Origin: Yuukianura sp. NJ FZ-2021
Lineage: Eukaryota
Direction: 5' to 3'
DNA length: 64,000 nucleotides
Assembly: GCA_046563655.1 (NCBI GenBank)
Contig: CM102289.1
Location: forward strand, 2,232,001 to 2,296,000
Shown: piece after piece, positions 1-11,781 of the stretch
How positions within the stretch are numbered: position 1 is the first letter of the stretch
How the letters are laid out: every line of letters starts with the position of its first letter
Made by a program: the position numbers and the translations under genes
Notes under the pieces: model-generated
Database searches by the model: none
What the model saw: only the letters and a program-made list of their open reading frames with translations
What the model was told of the DNA's origin: nothing

Positions 1-590
1 ACATTAGAGGTCATCCGGACATCCGATTTCACCAACGTGACAACTCCGTTTTTGAGAGAAGCATGCGCTACCAACTGGACAAACAGCAAATCCGAAAGTA
101 CAAGGAAGACTTGGACAAGCAAATGGCAGAACGCGCCAAAATTTTCAAGCCTAACGACTCAAATGAAAAAAGTTCAGATTTGGCAACGCTTATAACCGAA
201 CAGCGACTTTCGCGTCGTTGGGAATCCTTGCCAAAATTGACCTCGACTGATGTCACCAGAAATTATGTCAAGTAAGCCTTAAAAATACTAAATTTGTGTT
301 GTGTTTTTTCAAAATTTTGGAAAAATTTTTTTCAAAGCTCTCCCAGAACTCCGGATCCTGAAGACTACAAGCGTGGTTTGGCACTTCAGTTGCAAGACAA
401 ACTGTCACTTCAGGCCGAAGAACATCAGCAGGAAAAAGCTCTTCACTCACTTCATTTCAGTGCCTTTGATAGTTTTTGGGGCAAACCGGGAGCGGGAGCT
501 CCAAAAAATACAAAACGAAAGGAAAATTTATTCAACCTTCTGCACCGCAGCGTTGGTCCGTCCAGTTCCGTGTCAAGTCCAAAAACTTGA
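1..590 (+). CDS. 3' part of an uncharacterised coiled-coil protein (starts before the window; exons <1-271 and 338-590)
   Basis: GT at 272 and AG at 336-337 join ...VTRNYV-N-SPRTPDP... in frame. Stop TGA at 588-590, AATAAA at about 659. Contains FWGKPGAGAP, reminiscent of the WGKxGxGAP motifs of CSPP1/CCDC66-type proteins (recall only). Confidence 0.7.
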
Positions 591-1251
591 TTTCAAAATT
601 TTCTATTGTTCTTTCATGAAATTTTTTTATTCCCCGCTGTGTGATTTCATTTCGTACTAATAAAAGCAGAGATGGTCTCTGTTCTGCCAGGGTGCTTTAA
701 AAGTAGGTCAAACGCTGAAAAAGTGGATATGGGCCAGGGGTGAACTATGTTTCTAGATTATGGATAACCTATTTAATACGTTTTCGCAGAATTATTGATT
801 TCTCCAGAGTGTAATAAATATATTCAAAACGACACAATGGCTCTCGGTCATTACAAAATTGAAACAGGTACATCTAAAAGCCAAGAGATTGAGGGCATGC
901 TTTGTTACTTTCACTTTTATTCAATGTTGACGGAATATCAACTTGTGACAACAAAAAAAGCTTCAGTTTTTAACAAAATCAAGGTTCTTTGGCAACGAAA
1001 AGTTCATATTTTCGTTAACATGTTGGGTGTACTACCTCGCTTGTTGCAAAAAAAAAACGAAAAAAAAAATTAGAGACCAATCCAAAAAATTGGTACCAAT
1101 TCGTATGCAAAATTTAAGAAAAAATGGCTGTATTGCTTTGACTACGGTGCCCTGAAATGAAAATGTGAAACTTTTTGAAAAATCAAAAAATACGAGGTAT
1201 TACCGAACCTGTTAAAGAAAAGTAATCAATCAGCAAACTTTTTCAACGAAA

Positions 1252-2350
1252 GGCTACCGTAGTTCGCTTATGGGACAGAGCAGACCCGTACGATTTGGCT
1301 GAAAATTTAACCACGTGTTCTCGACACCTACAGGAACAACTTTTGTACAGGGTCCAGATGGGGCATCAAACGGTTTGACCCCCAGGGGTCACCAAAGGTC
1401 ACGAGGTCATCCTATGACAACCCCCCATAATTAAGGTGTCGTTGGAAAGGTCATGACCTTGTGGTTCAGAAAATGTATAGGTATCAATACTTTGGTGCAG
1501 GCGTTTAGCCGTAAGGGGTCACTGAAGGTCGACCATGAAAAAAGTTGCAAAGTACCAAAAAGTGAAATCGTTTCATGACAACCGACAAAATGACTTATAC
1601 AAAAGTTGTTCCACTCAAAAAAATAAGCAACTTTTCCCTCTTGCATTTTTTTCTACGGCGAACAGCTGATGAAATACCGACCCAGGCCAAAACTGCTAAA
1701 AGTAGATTTCAGCTAGGACTTTCGCGACAGTAAAAAGGAATCTGATTGGTTTTTTATATTTTGGACGTAAACGTCAGGATATTGTTTTAAAAAGTTAGTT
1801 TCTGCAACCATTTCCATGTTCTGGGGGAGTCTAGAGGCGTAGAACCGTCGTTCTTGTCCAATTTCCTTTTGCCGTCGCGAAAGTCCTATCTGAAATCTAC
1901 TTTTAGCAGTTTTGGCCTGGGTCGGTATTTCATCAGCTGTTCGCCGTAGAAAAAAATGCAAGAGGGAAAAGTTGCTTATTTTTTTGAGTGGAACAACTTT
2001 TGTATAAGTCATTTTGTCGGTTGTCATGAAACGATTTCACTTTTTGGTACTTTGCAACTTTTTTCATGGTCGACCTTCAGTGACCCCTTACGGCTAAACG
2101 CCTGCACCAAAGTATTGATACCTATACATTTTCTGAACCACAAGGTCATGACCTTTCCAACGACACCTTAATTATGGGGGGTTGTCATAGGATGACCTCG
2201 TGACCTTTGGTGACCCCTGGGGGTCAAACCGTTTGATGCCCCATCTAGACCCTGTACAAAAGTTGTTCCTGTAGGTGTCGAGAACACGTGGTTAAATTTT
2301 CAGCCAAATCGTACGGGTCTGCTCTGTCCCATAAGCGAACTACGGTAGCC
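1252..2350. mobile_element. Non-autonomous foldback DNA element with ~490 bp inverted arms and ~120 bp spacer; probably Spy-type
   Basis: 1252-~1740 is the near-perfect reverse complement of ~1862-2350. Termini GGCTACCGTAG...CTACGGTAGCC. Flanks are AAA|...|TTT with no target-site duplication (TSD), the reported Spy insertion signature. Confidence 0.85.
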
Positions 2351-2406
2351 TTTAGGTGTAAAAAGCAACGTTTAAAAATAAAAATTTGTAGTTCAAAGTC
2401 GAAAAT

Positions 2407-4663
2407 TTAATGATCGCAATTTGAGCGTAAACAGGAATTGAACGAGTAAAGCGAAGATGCTTGTGCTGTTGATTCTGGTGGTGGACGCTTGTACTTGATT
2501 TCTGACCGACCTTTCGGTCCAATGTCAATTCGAGTAAAGTGGGAGAAGTAGATTCCTTCAAATGGGAACAGAAACTTACTAATTTTTGTGGCTTTTGTAC
2601 AGTCATTGTCAATATTTTCATGTTCAGTGACTAAAGTACCCCTCCAGCCACACTTCAAAGCCAGTACAAACGTCATCCGTCTACAGACATTGTTTTCGGT
2701 AAAGCTAAGTGTTTCCAGTGTATCATCGTATTCGATAGTCTCTAAAGCATCGAGGTTATCCTCAGAGTAGACATATGATTTGTAATGGCCCGCTTCTCGC
2801 TCGCGCATGCGTGGACTGAATCTGGCAATTCCTTGCCTGACTACTGGTTCTGGAACGGAATCAACACTTAAAAGTTCACGAAACTCCCAACATCCAGCAA
2901 GATTTCGGAATACTACGGCTGGAACGTACTTTCCATTTCGCATTGCCTGAAGATCGGAATGAAAGTTTTGAAGAATTGCGGTGGCTTCTGGAGATGGAGA
3001 GTATTTTGAAGCAAATGCGTACTCTTCTTCTGGTCGTTCGAAAGTTTTCAGCAAATTGGCATGGAACTGGACCGATTCTGTGTAAATTGGCTGCGGAAAT
3101 TGTTGTCTTGGAAATCTTTGCCTAATTCCCATCTCGCGTTGGATATCTTTCAATTGATCGTCAACTGCTGGCCACGGCAGAGAACCTGAACGAAAAAATG
3201 AACTAATCAAAATTGTTCAATTTTTAATTTCTTAAAAAACTTTTTTTATCGTTTGATACCTGAGAAAACTGAAGCAGCAAATCGTGCCTGGAGTTCAATT
3301 GTTGTGAAATAGGGACCACGGTACATTCCAACAAACGCTGCATTTGGTAGTTTCGGATGTAAAATTCCGCACCCCAGAAGCAATGGCAGAAAAAGATCCT
3401 TCTCGTCAAAGTCAATCGCTTCCAGTGTTTCTTTAGTAAAAAATGGCAGTTGAGTAGAAAATCCCGTAGCAAAAATTACAACTGTATTCTCATGTGGAAT
3501 TTTAAGTTCATTTGATTTTCCATTTTCGTTTTTTTGTTCAATTCTAAGATTTAATCCATCGATTTCAATTAGTTCTCCTCTGATTACTTCAATGTCTCCG
3601 TTTCGAACCAATTCAGCATAAGTATCCGAAATACCGATGAATGACGTTTCTTCATCTTTGACTTCCAGTACTGGTGAAATCCGACTCTGACTGCCACAAA
3701 ATCTTTTTATTTGAGCATTTCGTTGTAAATTTATTTCAGTTGTGGTAAGAATCGGTTTTGGCTCAACATTGTCAATGTCAACTTTTGTCGCAGATGAATC
3801 TTTCTTATGAAACTTTGCCATCAGTGCAAGATCAATCGGAACGAAAGCTGGACAGACACTGGACGGATCTTCTGGAATCAAAGAAGGGAAAATCCAAAAT
3901 GCTTTCTTCGTGACATGAATTACGCGACGTGGACTATGACGATAAAGTTGTCCTGCCAACTCAATTCCACTGAGGGACCCCCCAACAATGACGACCGATT
4001 TCCTTGTAAGGTCGAGGAGCCCTTGACTTAACAAAATTTCGGCTTGAGAGTAGTGGTACACTGGACATGCGTTGGACGAAACTCCTGGAATCGATGGGAT
4101 GAAGGGTTTGCTGAAAAATCCAGAAGCGATTACTAAAAAGTCAAAGTATTCTTCTCCAGACCGAGGCGGCAGAGCATGATTGATGCTTCCGCCCTGCGCA
4201 GTTTCATATTCGACGTGCCATTGACCTCTCTCCGAGTCAAAATTCACATGAGTAACTTTCGTATTGGTTCTAATGCAGTTTGGTTCACTTAGAAAGTGTT
4301 TGGCATAGCCCTGGAGATACTGTCCAACTTCAGTTGCCGTAGGAAACAGCCGTACTGGAGGTTTGGATGAATCCGTTTCCCATGGATAGTCAGAAAAAGT
4401 ACAGACGTACTTGGACACATTAGTTGTAAGCGTTTGGGGAACGTGTTTGCTACTTTTGGACCAAATTCCACCGATTTCAAACGATGTTTCAAAGACTATC
4501 GGAAGAAGACCTGCTTGTTTGGCTGCTTTAGCGGAAAGTAATCCCGATACTCCAGCCCCTTTAATTAGCAAACATAAATTTTTTGAAAAGAATCAATTTT
4601 ACAACAATTAATTTTGACTTTGCCAATAATTGACTCACCAATGACTGCCACGGATTTTGCCAT
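2407..4663 (-). CDS. Flavin-containing monooxygenase (class B) fused to a C-terminal DUF6314-like domain; exons 4663-4639, 4558-3260, 3185-2407; 700 aa
   Basis: Spliced N-terminus MAKSVAVIGAGVSG (FAD GxGxxG), IGGIW, LVIASGFF, VGGSLSG (NADPH), FATGF, FVGMYRGPYFTTIELQAR. Exon lengths sum to 2103 nt (701 codons). Confidence 0.9.
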
Positions 4664-5326
4664 TTACTTGACGGTATTCAATAAAATATAGTGTGTAATA
4701 CGCGCACTCACAACTAAAAATTGACAAAATTTCCAAAAAAAAAAAAAAAAAAGTTCTGTTTCTCTTAAGTTTACTGCATGATATGAAGAAATGTCACTGC
4801 TATAGAGAGCTCTTAACACTTTAATGGCCTTGAAAAAAAAAATCTCCTGTAGTGTTTTACTTTTCATCTACTAAAATGTCATTTGGATTTTGCTAGTGAA
4901 TTAACTCTTCAAAAACATGCAATACCATCAGTTGGACAAAAAAAATTATGCTAAATAAAGCTTTCAAAATTAGGCTAGTTTTTAAAAAGTCTTTTTAGAA
5001 AGAATTCTATTTATTAAACTAATTTCAAGTTCGAATTTTTATTCAAAAATTAAAATATTTATGGTTTTGCAACAAATTCTGGCTATATTGTTAAAGTGTT
5101 TAGTTTCAAAAGAAGAAAACTTTCAACGTTAACACAGTTTAGTACTTTTAATAGTAGTTAAAACATAATTAGTCTCTAAAGTGCCATAGTTAGAATGAAA
5201 GTACATATATTTTCCCCGTGTATTACATTTGACATATATTTCACGCATTACATAACTATTTGGAAATTAATGTATAGCGTAGGAAGTCACAAATAGCAGC
5301 AACTTGAGTTAAGCAACTCCGCGACT

Positions 5327-7771
5327 TCATTTGATTGACAGAAGTAGTGAAATTGTAAAGTCAATCATTTTGTAGTTAACAGTGGATACCATTTCACGGT
5401 CAACGCGATTCAACGGTCCAACTTTAACGAAGCATGGCAGCAAAGCCTTGACTCTTCTGCCGTCGACTTTAGTGTGCCTTCGATGCGTTTTCAAAATAAA
5501 AATATAGTCTGATGAAGATGTATAAACTTGAGCAGCTTGTAATACAAATATGTGCAGAACCCCATGCGAAAGCACTGCAGCAAACAGAAGAGCTGGTAGT
5601 AGAATTGACATGCCAGTGTTCAAAGCAACAGCATAAAAAATTACGCCGAGTGTACTGCCCGTGACAACACCAGAAGCGAAACTAAACACTACAAAGTCGT
5701 TAAAAATTTGAAGCAAAATGTACAAGTTGGAGTAGATTTGAGTGAGGTAGTTTGTACGCAATGCCAAACAATTCTGTTGTAGTTTTTCTTTGAGATGTTC
5801 TGCGGAGAACCAGAACAGCAAAGCATCGTTTAAAAAAATGACGAGCATTATTTGTGTAGAAAATTTGAGTGCACAACAAAATGTTATAAAGATCAAAGAC
5901 ATTGCTACAAAAATTGTGAGGCATCTAGCAGTTCCTTCGGTCCAATTGGTATCGACAGTCAAGCTGGTAATTGTCCCGAAATCAAGACCAACGTCACTTT
6001 TAAGTACAATTTCTAGCGTATACTGGATAATTCGTTCAGCGTCATCGAAGAACACAACGAGCATCATTGTTGTGAAAATTGGGCAACCAAAATACAATCC
6101 AAAGTGAAACATTTTCATGATACGGTAGCTGAAGGCTGATTCTGGTACACGCAGGTACCCTCCTAAAAACAATAAGTGTTAGCGTTTTTGCGCCTTTGAT
6201 TCATAATACAATATAATAAAGTATGCAGCCGTAGCAGGTCATAAGAGCTAAACCAAAAAGAGCTAATCCAATAAGAGCTACTCAATAAGAGCTAAAAAAA
6301 ATAAGAGCTACTCCAATAAGGGCTACTTCAATAAGAGCTACTTTCAATAAGAGCTACTTTCAATAAGAGCTAAAAAAATAAGAGCTAATTCAATAAGAGC
6401 TACTCCAATAAGAGCTACTTTTAATAAGAGCTAAGAAAAATAAGAGCTACTTTCAGAAAGGGCTCATTTCAAAAACACATTATCAAAAACGGAAATTTTT
6501 CAAGAAAATTGAAACCAGCCAAACTTTTTGGAAAACTTGAATGCGTTTAATTAATTGCTGGCAGGTACCCCAATCCAAAATGCGCGTAAAAAGTACAGGG
6601 ATTTTGAAAAGCGGCTGTCCAAAATCGTGGAAGAATACGACCACAACTCCGTTTCGGACTTTTTGCTGGGGATTTCGCTTAACGTTAAATTCCAGATTTA
6701 AAACTTTTAGATTAGAGGGTAACTTAAAATTTCATACAAACTCGGACAAAAATATTAAACTTAAAATGTTAGGTTAAAAACTTAGGTTAAAACACTGCTA
6801 AAAGATTCTTGTTTTGTTATTTCTACTTTTGTTAGTACATCAATTGAAAGTAGGTTAACTATGCCATATTTGTTTTAGTTACATAACAATTTAGAGGTCA
6901 AGTTGCATCCTTGCATCGTTAAATGGCGAATTAAATTCTTTTTCAGAAATTTTGATCAAGATGTGCTTCGGCTATTAAACGCATTCAAGTTTTCCAAGAA
7001 GTTTTGCTGGTTTCAATTTTCTTGAATCGTTTTTAATAATGTGTTTTTGAAATGAGCCCTTTCTGAAAGTAGCTCTTATTTTTTTTAGCTCTTATTAAAA
7101 GTAGCTCTTACTGGATTAGCTCTTTTTGGTTTAGCTCTTATGACGTGGAACCGTATGCAGCTACTAATATACCACATGTTCGTATATAAAGATAAATAGT
7201 ATATATTCATGTCTATAGCAACATACTATTCATTAGTTACCTAGTTTCTCGCCAGTTACAAACGACATGGCAGTATTTAGTAATTGTAGTAAATAGTATT
7301 TCCCGAATATGCAGGAACTGATGTCCAATGTCATACTATGGATGAGAATGCAACTGCAGCCAAATAGCAGAACCGAAAAGATAGTGCTTGATATTGAGAA
7401 AATACTGTTCAGATATGCCAAGGTCATACACATTATGATAGTCAGAACGTCAACCCCTAGCAGACCTGCGGTGACTATACTCCGGAATTTTGATGTTGAC
7501 AAAACAAACCGATTTTGCAAACGATTCCAACCGACAGGAATTTGATACAAGTTGTAAGCATTATTGATTGATGTCAGTAGCAGCCCAACGGCTGGGTTTT
7601 CATTAGGTTCTACGTTTTGTTCCAATTAAAAAAAAGTTTTGATGAAATTTACGAAAAATTTAAATTAGAAATTCTAGAAGTGCTGAACTTACCCTCTTTT
7701 CTGGAGAAGTTTTGTTTCTCAAATAAACGGCAACAAATGTAATGCCAAAACAGGTAAATTTTATGCAGCAT
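5327..7771 (-). CDS. Divergent gustatory-receptor-like 7TM chemoreceptor, paralogue A; exons 7771-7693, 7609-7241, 6162-5327; 427 aa
   Basis: Multiple hydrophobic helices. C-terminus KVGPLNRVDREMVSTVNYKMIDFTISLLL resembles the TM7 region of arthropod GR/OR proteins. Phase-1 junctions keep frame (1284 nt). Confidence 0.75.
6229..7152. mobile_element. 924 bp non-autonomous DNA element in the GR-A intron; asymmetric ends and subterminal inverted arrays of AAGAGCTA
   Basis: 8 bp direct repeat GTATGCAG at 6221-6228 and 7153-7160. Ends CCGTAGCAGGTC and GACGTGGAACC. Inverted arms at about 6237-6552 and 6974-7145. Confidence 0.85.
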
Positions 7772-8477
7772 TTTACGTTTAAATTCTATTTCAGTTAGAA
7801 GATATTTTCGGCGGTGACTAAAACGAAGAAGAACTGGTATTGAATTAAGCTCGATTTCTAAAAAAAACCTTTCTGTCTACTTTGAGCTGAACAATCGTTA
7901 ATGAATAACCGAGATCATTAAAATAGGCGAAGAGGTTTGAAAGCATAAATTCTTTAGCAGCGTTTGCGAAGAAAGGCGTTGTTTTTCTAAACTTGTAGAA
8001 ATAGGCGTTACTAATGAACCAAAAGATAACAACGAAGCAAAAGTGTGCATTTTGTTGGTTGCCATGTGAGAGTTGGTTTGAGCATTTTTACTTTTTAATG
8101 AAGGTTTTTACTTCTCTATGGCAGAATTATGCATTTCAAAACATGAACGTCCACTAAATTCCTTGGAAAAGTTTGAAAAAATAAGGTTACGTGTTTTTAA
8201 AATATTTCTATTTGTCTAGATCCATAGCTAAATAAAATTGACTCTCTTTTGTTTGAATTAAGTTACATTTGCCTTATTTTTTTACCAATTTATTCTTGTG
8301 TTTTACGTAGTTACACAGGGAGTGCATACATCAAGGATATTACACGTATGATACATATTTCTTGCACCATTACACGTGTATTACATACATAAGGTATATG
8401 AAACATATGGCATATATTTCACGTTCATTATACAAGAATCTTGGCTGGCCTTCGGCCAGCCAAAGATTCTTGACTAT

Positions 8478-9077
8478 CACTTGACTATCATCTGCGCAGT
8501 ATCTGCACACTATCTGCGCAGTATCTACGCAGTATCTGCGCAGTATCTGCGCACTTTCTGCGCACTTTCTGCGCAGTATCTGCGCAGTATCTACGCACTA
8601 TCTAAGCACTTTTTGCGCACTTTCTGCGCAGTATCTGCGCACTTTCTGCGCAGTAGCTGCGCACTTTCTGCGCAGTATCTACGCAGTATCTGCGCAGTAG
8701 CTGCGCACTTTCTGCGCAGTAGCTGCGCACTTTCTGCGCAGTAGCTGCGCACTTTCTGCGCACTTTCTGCGCAGTATCTGCGCACTTTCTACGCAGTATC
8801 TGCGCACTTTCTGCGCAGTATCTACGCACTATCTCAGCACTTTTTGCGCACTTTCTGCGCAGTAGCTTCGCACTTTCTGCGCAGTAGCTGCGCACTTTCT
8901 GCGCAGTATCTACGCAGTATCTGCGCAGTAGCTGCGCACTTTCTGCGCAGTAGCTGCGCACTTTCTGCGCACTTTCTGCGCAGTATCTACGCACTATCTC
9001 AGCACTTTTTGCGCACTTTCTGCGCAGTATCTGCGCACTTTCTGCGCAGAATCTGCGCACTTTCTGCGCAGTATCTG
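8478..9077. repeat. Minisatellite of 11 bp units (CTGCGCAGTAT / CTGCGCACTTT / CTGCGCAGTAG variants)
   Basis: Directly visible tandem array of about 600 bp. Preceded by the hairpin GAATCTTGGCTGGCCTTCGGCCAGCCAAAGATTC at about 8436-8469. Confidence 0.95.
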
Positions 9078-9492
9078 AACTATCTTTGAAATTTTTTCAA
9101 AATTTCAGAAAGAAATTAGAAATCTTTGAAAATTTATAACTTGAGAAGGGCCGAAAACGAACAAAAAAAAAGTTTCGACAGTCGAATTCTTTTAAAAAAA
9201 AAGAAATAAGAATTTTGAGAGGAAAATTTTTTTTTATAAATATTTTGCTCCATCGTTTTCCCCCCGCCCCCATTGTTTACCCATTTTTAAACTTGTTTTC
9301 TTGGAAACTGATTTGAGGGTGTACTCTTTTAGCTGGACCTCACTGTATAAAATTAGTAAATTGTCATGCGCAAAGAGGGTGGATAGAAATCCGAGGAATC
9401 CGATATCCGGCTTTTAGCCAGACCCTGAGAAAGAGGACAGAAACACACGCAGACGGGTCTCTCCTTATAAAAGAGATGTGTATTACATACAT

Positions 9493-10003
9493 GGTTGAAG
9501 TAAGATATCGTTCGCCGCCTATCCCCACCCGTTCAAATTTTCGCGTTGCCTCCATTGTACCCACCCATTGTCCCCACCGGATGGATACGTTTGTATCCAC
9601 CACAACCAAAAGTAGTACGTCCACCTAGCGGCAATACAGTAACCTCTGAATTCAAGCTGGCAACGTTTTTTCCTTTTTGATTTGGTCAATCCTGTTATAT
9701 TTTCCCGCGGCTTTAGGTTTGGTAAAGCACGCAATACTGATTACGTCTGTAGGTTTAACTTATTGAGTTACGCTGTGTTGATTATATGTGCCCTGGGTGG
9801 GTACAATGGAGCAATGCTACAGCGTTGCCAGCTCGAATTCGCTAGTTCCATTTCACCCGCTAGGGGGACTCGGCGGACGGCTGGTGGGTACACATTTGTC
9901 CCCACCAAGTGGGGACAAACGTATCCATCCGGTGGGTACAATGGAGGCAGCGCAAAAATTTGAACGGGTGGGGACAGGCGGCAAACGATATATTACTTCG
10001 ACC
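9493..10003. mobile_element. MITE with ~110 bp imperfect TIRs, Merlin-like
   Basis: Termini GGTTGAAGTAA...TTACTTCGACC. 8 bp direct repeat ACATACAT at 9485-9492 and 10004-10011. GG..CC ends with an 8 bp TSD match Merlin. Confidence 0.75.
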
Positions 10004-10204
10004 ACATACATCAAGTGTATTACACGTACGACATATATTGCATACATTATTACACGTGCATTACATATACCAAGTATATTACAAGTATGTCATATTTCAG
10101 GCATTATTATAATTATGTTTGCAGCAATATAATGCTTATGTTGGTTTACGCAATGAATACAAGCAATTTAACTTTTAAAAACCTCAGAGCTCTGTCACAA
10201 ATTT

Positions 10205-11781
10205 TCATTGGATTGAGAGAAGAAGAGTAATTGTAAACTCCATTATTTTGTAGTTGACGGTGAGTACCATTTGACGGTCAACGCGATTCAATGAGCCAAC
10301 TTTAACAAAGCATGGCAGCAAAGCCTTGACCCTCCTGCCGTTTGCCTTACTGTACCATCCATTTGTCTTCAAAATAAATTTATACTCTAACGATGACGTA
10401 TAGATTTGAGCAGCTTGTAACATAAGTATGTGCAGAATCCCATGCGCATGAATTGCAATAACTAAGGCTGCCGGTAACAGAATTGACATACCGGTATTTA
10501 AAGCAACGGCGTAAAAAATGACGCCAAGTGTACTGCACGTGACAACCACCGAAACGAAACTAAACTCTACAAAATCATTAAAAATCTGAATCAAAATGTA
10601 CATGTTGGAGTAGATTTGAGGCAGGTAGGTTGTACCCAGTCTCAGACAATTCTGTTCTAGTTTTTCCTTGAGATAATCTGGAGACAGCCAGAATAGCATA
10701 GCATCATTTAAAAAAATGACGAGAATTACTAGACTAGAAAAACTCAGTGCACAACAAAATGTTTGAAATATCATGGAGACTGCGAAAAAAATCGTAAGAC
10801 ATCTAGCAGCGCCTTCGGTCCAGTTTGTACCTACAGTGAAACCTATGATTTTCCCCAAATCAATACCAATGTCACTCTTGAGTAGAATTTGCAGCATATA
10901 CTGGATTAGTTGTTCAACGTCATGAAAGACCGCAACGAGCACGAGTGTTGTGAAGATGGGGCTTCCAATATATAATCCAAAATGAAACATTTTCATGATA
11001 CGCAAGCTGAACGCTGAATCTGGTACACTCAGGTAACCTCCTGGAAAGTTATTAAGCGTTTTGCATTAGGTTCCATATGATGTGGTCAGAAAGTGAAAAG
11101 ATCAAAACTGAAATGATCAGAAAAAACGGTCAGAAACAGAAGGACAGTAGCCACACCGAACCTGAAATCTTTTGAATTCTGAGGTTTTCACTTCTGATCA
11201 AATATTTCTGACCATGTCAAATGGTACTGTATAGGCCAGTTACCTAGTTTCTCGCCAGTTACAAAAGACATAGCTGTATTTAGTATTTGTAGCAAATAGT
11301 ATTTCCCTAATACTAAGGAACTCATGTCCAGTACCATACTATGGGTGATCACACAGCCGCCGCCAAATAGCAGTACGGTAAAGATAGTGTTTTATTTCAA
11401 AAATACTGTTCCCATATGCCAAGGTCATCCAAATTATGATAGTCAACGCGTCAACACCTAGCAGACATGCGGTGACTACAGTCCGGAATTTAGATGTGGA
11501 CAAAACAAACCGATTTTGCAAACGATTCCAACCGACGGGGAATTGATAAAAGTTGTAAGAATTATTGATTGATGTTAGTAGAAGCGCGACTGCTGGGTTT
11601 GTATTGGTTTCCTTCTTTTGTTCTATTTCAAAAATAAAACAAAATGTAATGAAATTTAAGAAAAATTTGAACTAGAAATAGAGGTACGGAACTTACTAAT
11701 TCTTTTTTTCCTGGAAAAGTTGTGCTTCGCAAATAGACGGAAGCAACTATGATTGCAAAAAGAGTAAACTCTATGAAACAT
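10205..11781 (-). pseudogene. GR-like paralogue B with a frameshift in exon 2; exons 11781-11697, 11622-11244, 11040-10205
   Basis: Exon 2 is 379 nt versus 381 nt in paralogue D. The frame slips near 11390 in a homopolymer tract (NSIFEI then out of frame). The rest is intact, so an assembly indel is possible. Confidence 0.65.
11069..11229. mobile_element. Diverged ~160 bp MITE in the GR-B intron; same family as 51825-51986 and 61206-61352
   Basis: GGTTCCATATGATGTGGTCAGAAAGTGAAAAGATCAAAA...TTCACTTCTGATCAAATATTTCTGACCAT aligns with the copy at 51825. Confidence 0.75.

Noticed and set aside
795..1073. 92 aa ORF and similar short intergenic ORFs with TTG/GTG starts
   Set aside because: They have non-ATG starts, AT-rich low-complexity translations, no motifs and no supporting splice structure.
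1431..2171. Two identical 71 aa ORFs on opposite strands
   Set aside because: They are a by-product of the inverted arms of the foldback element and show no protein features.
6240..6450. AATAAGAGCTA repeats as a CRISPR or regulatory array
   Set aside because: They are subterminal repeats of a TSD-flanked element and are mirrored at its other end.
8376..9089. Repetitive Cys/Ala/Arg-rich ORFs on both strands
   Set aside because: They are translations of an 11 bp minisatellite whose unit length is not a multiple of three.
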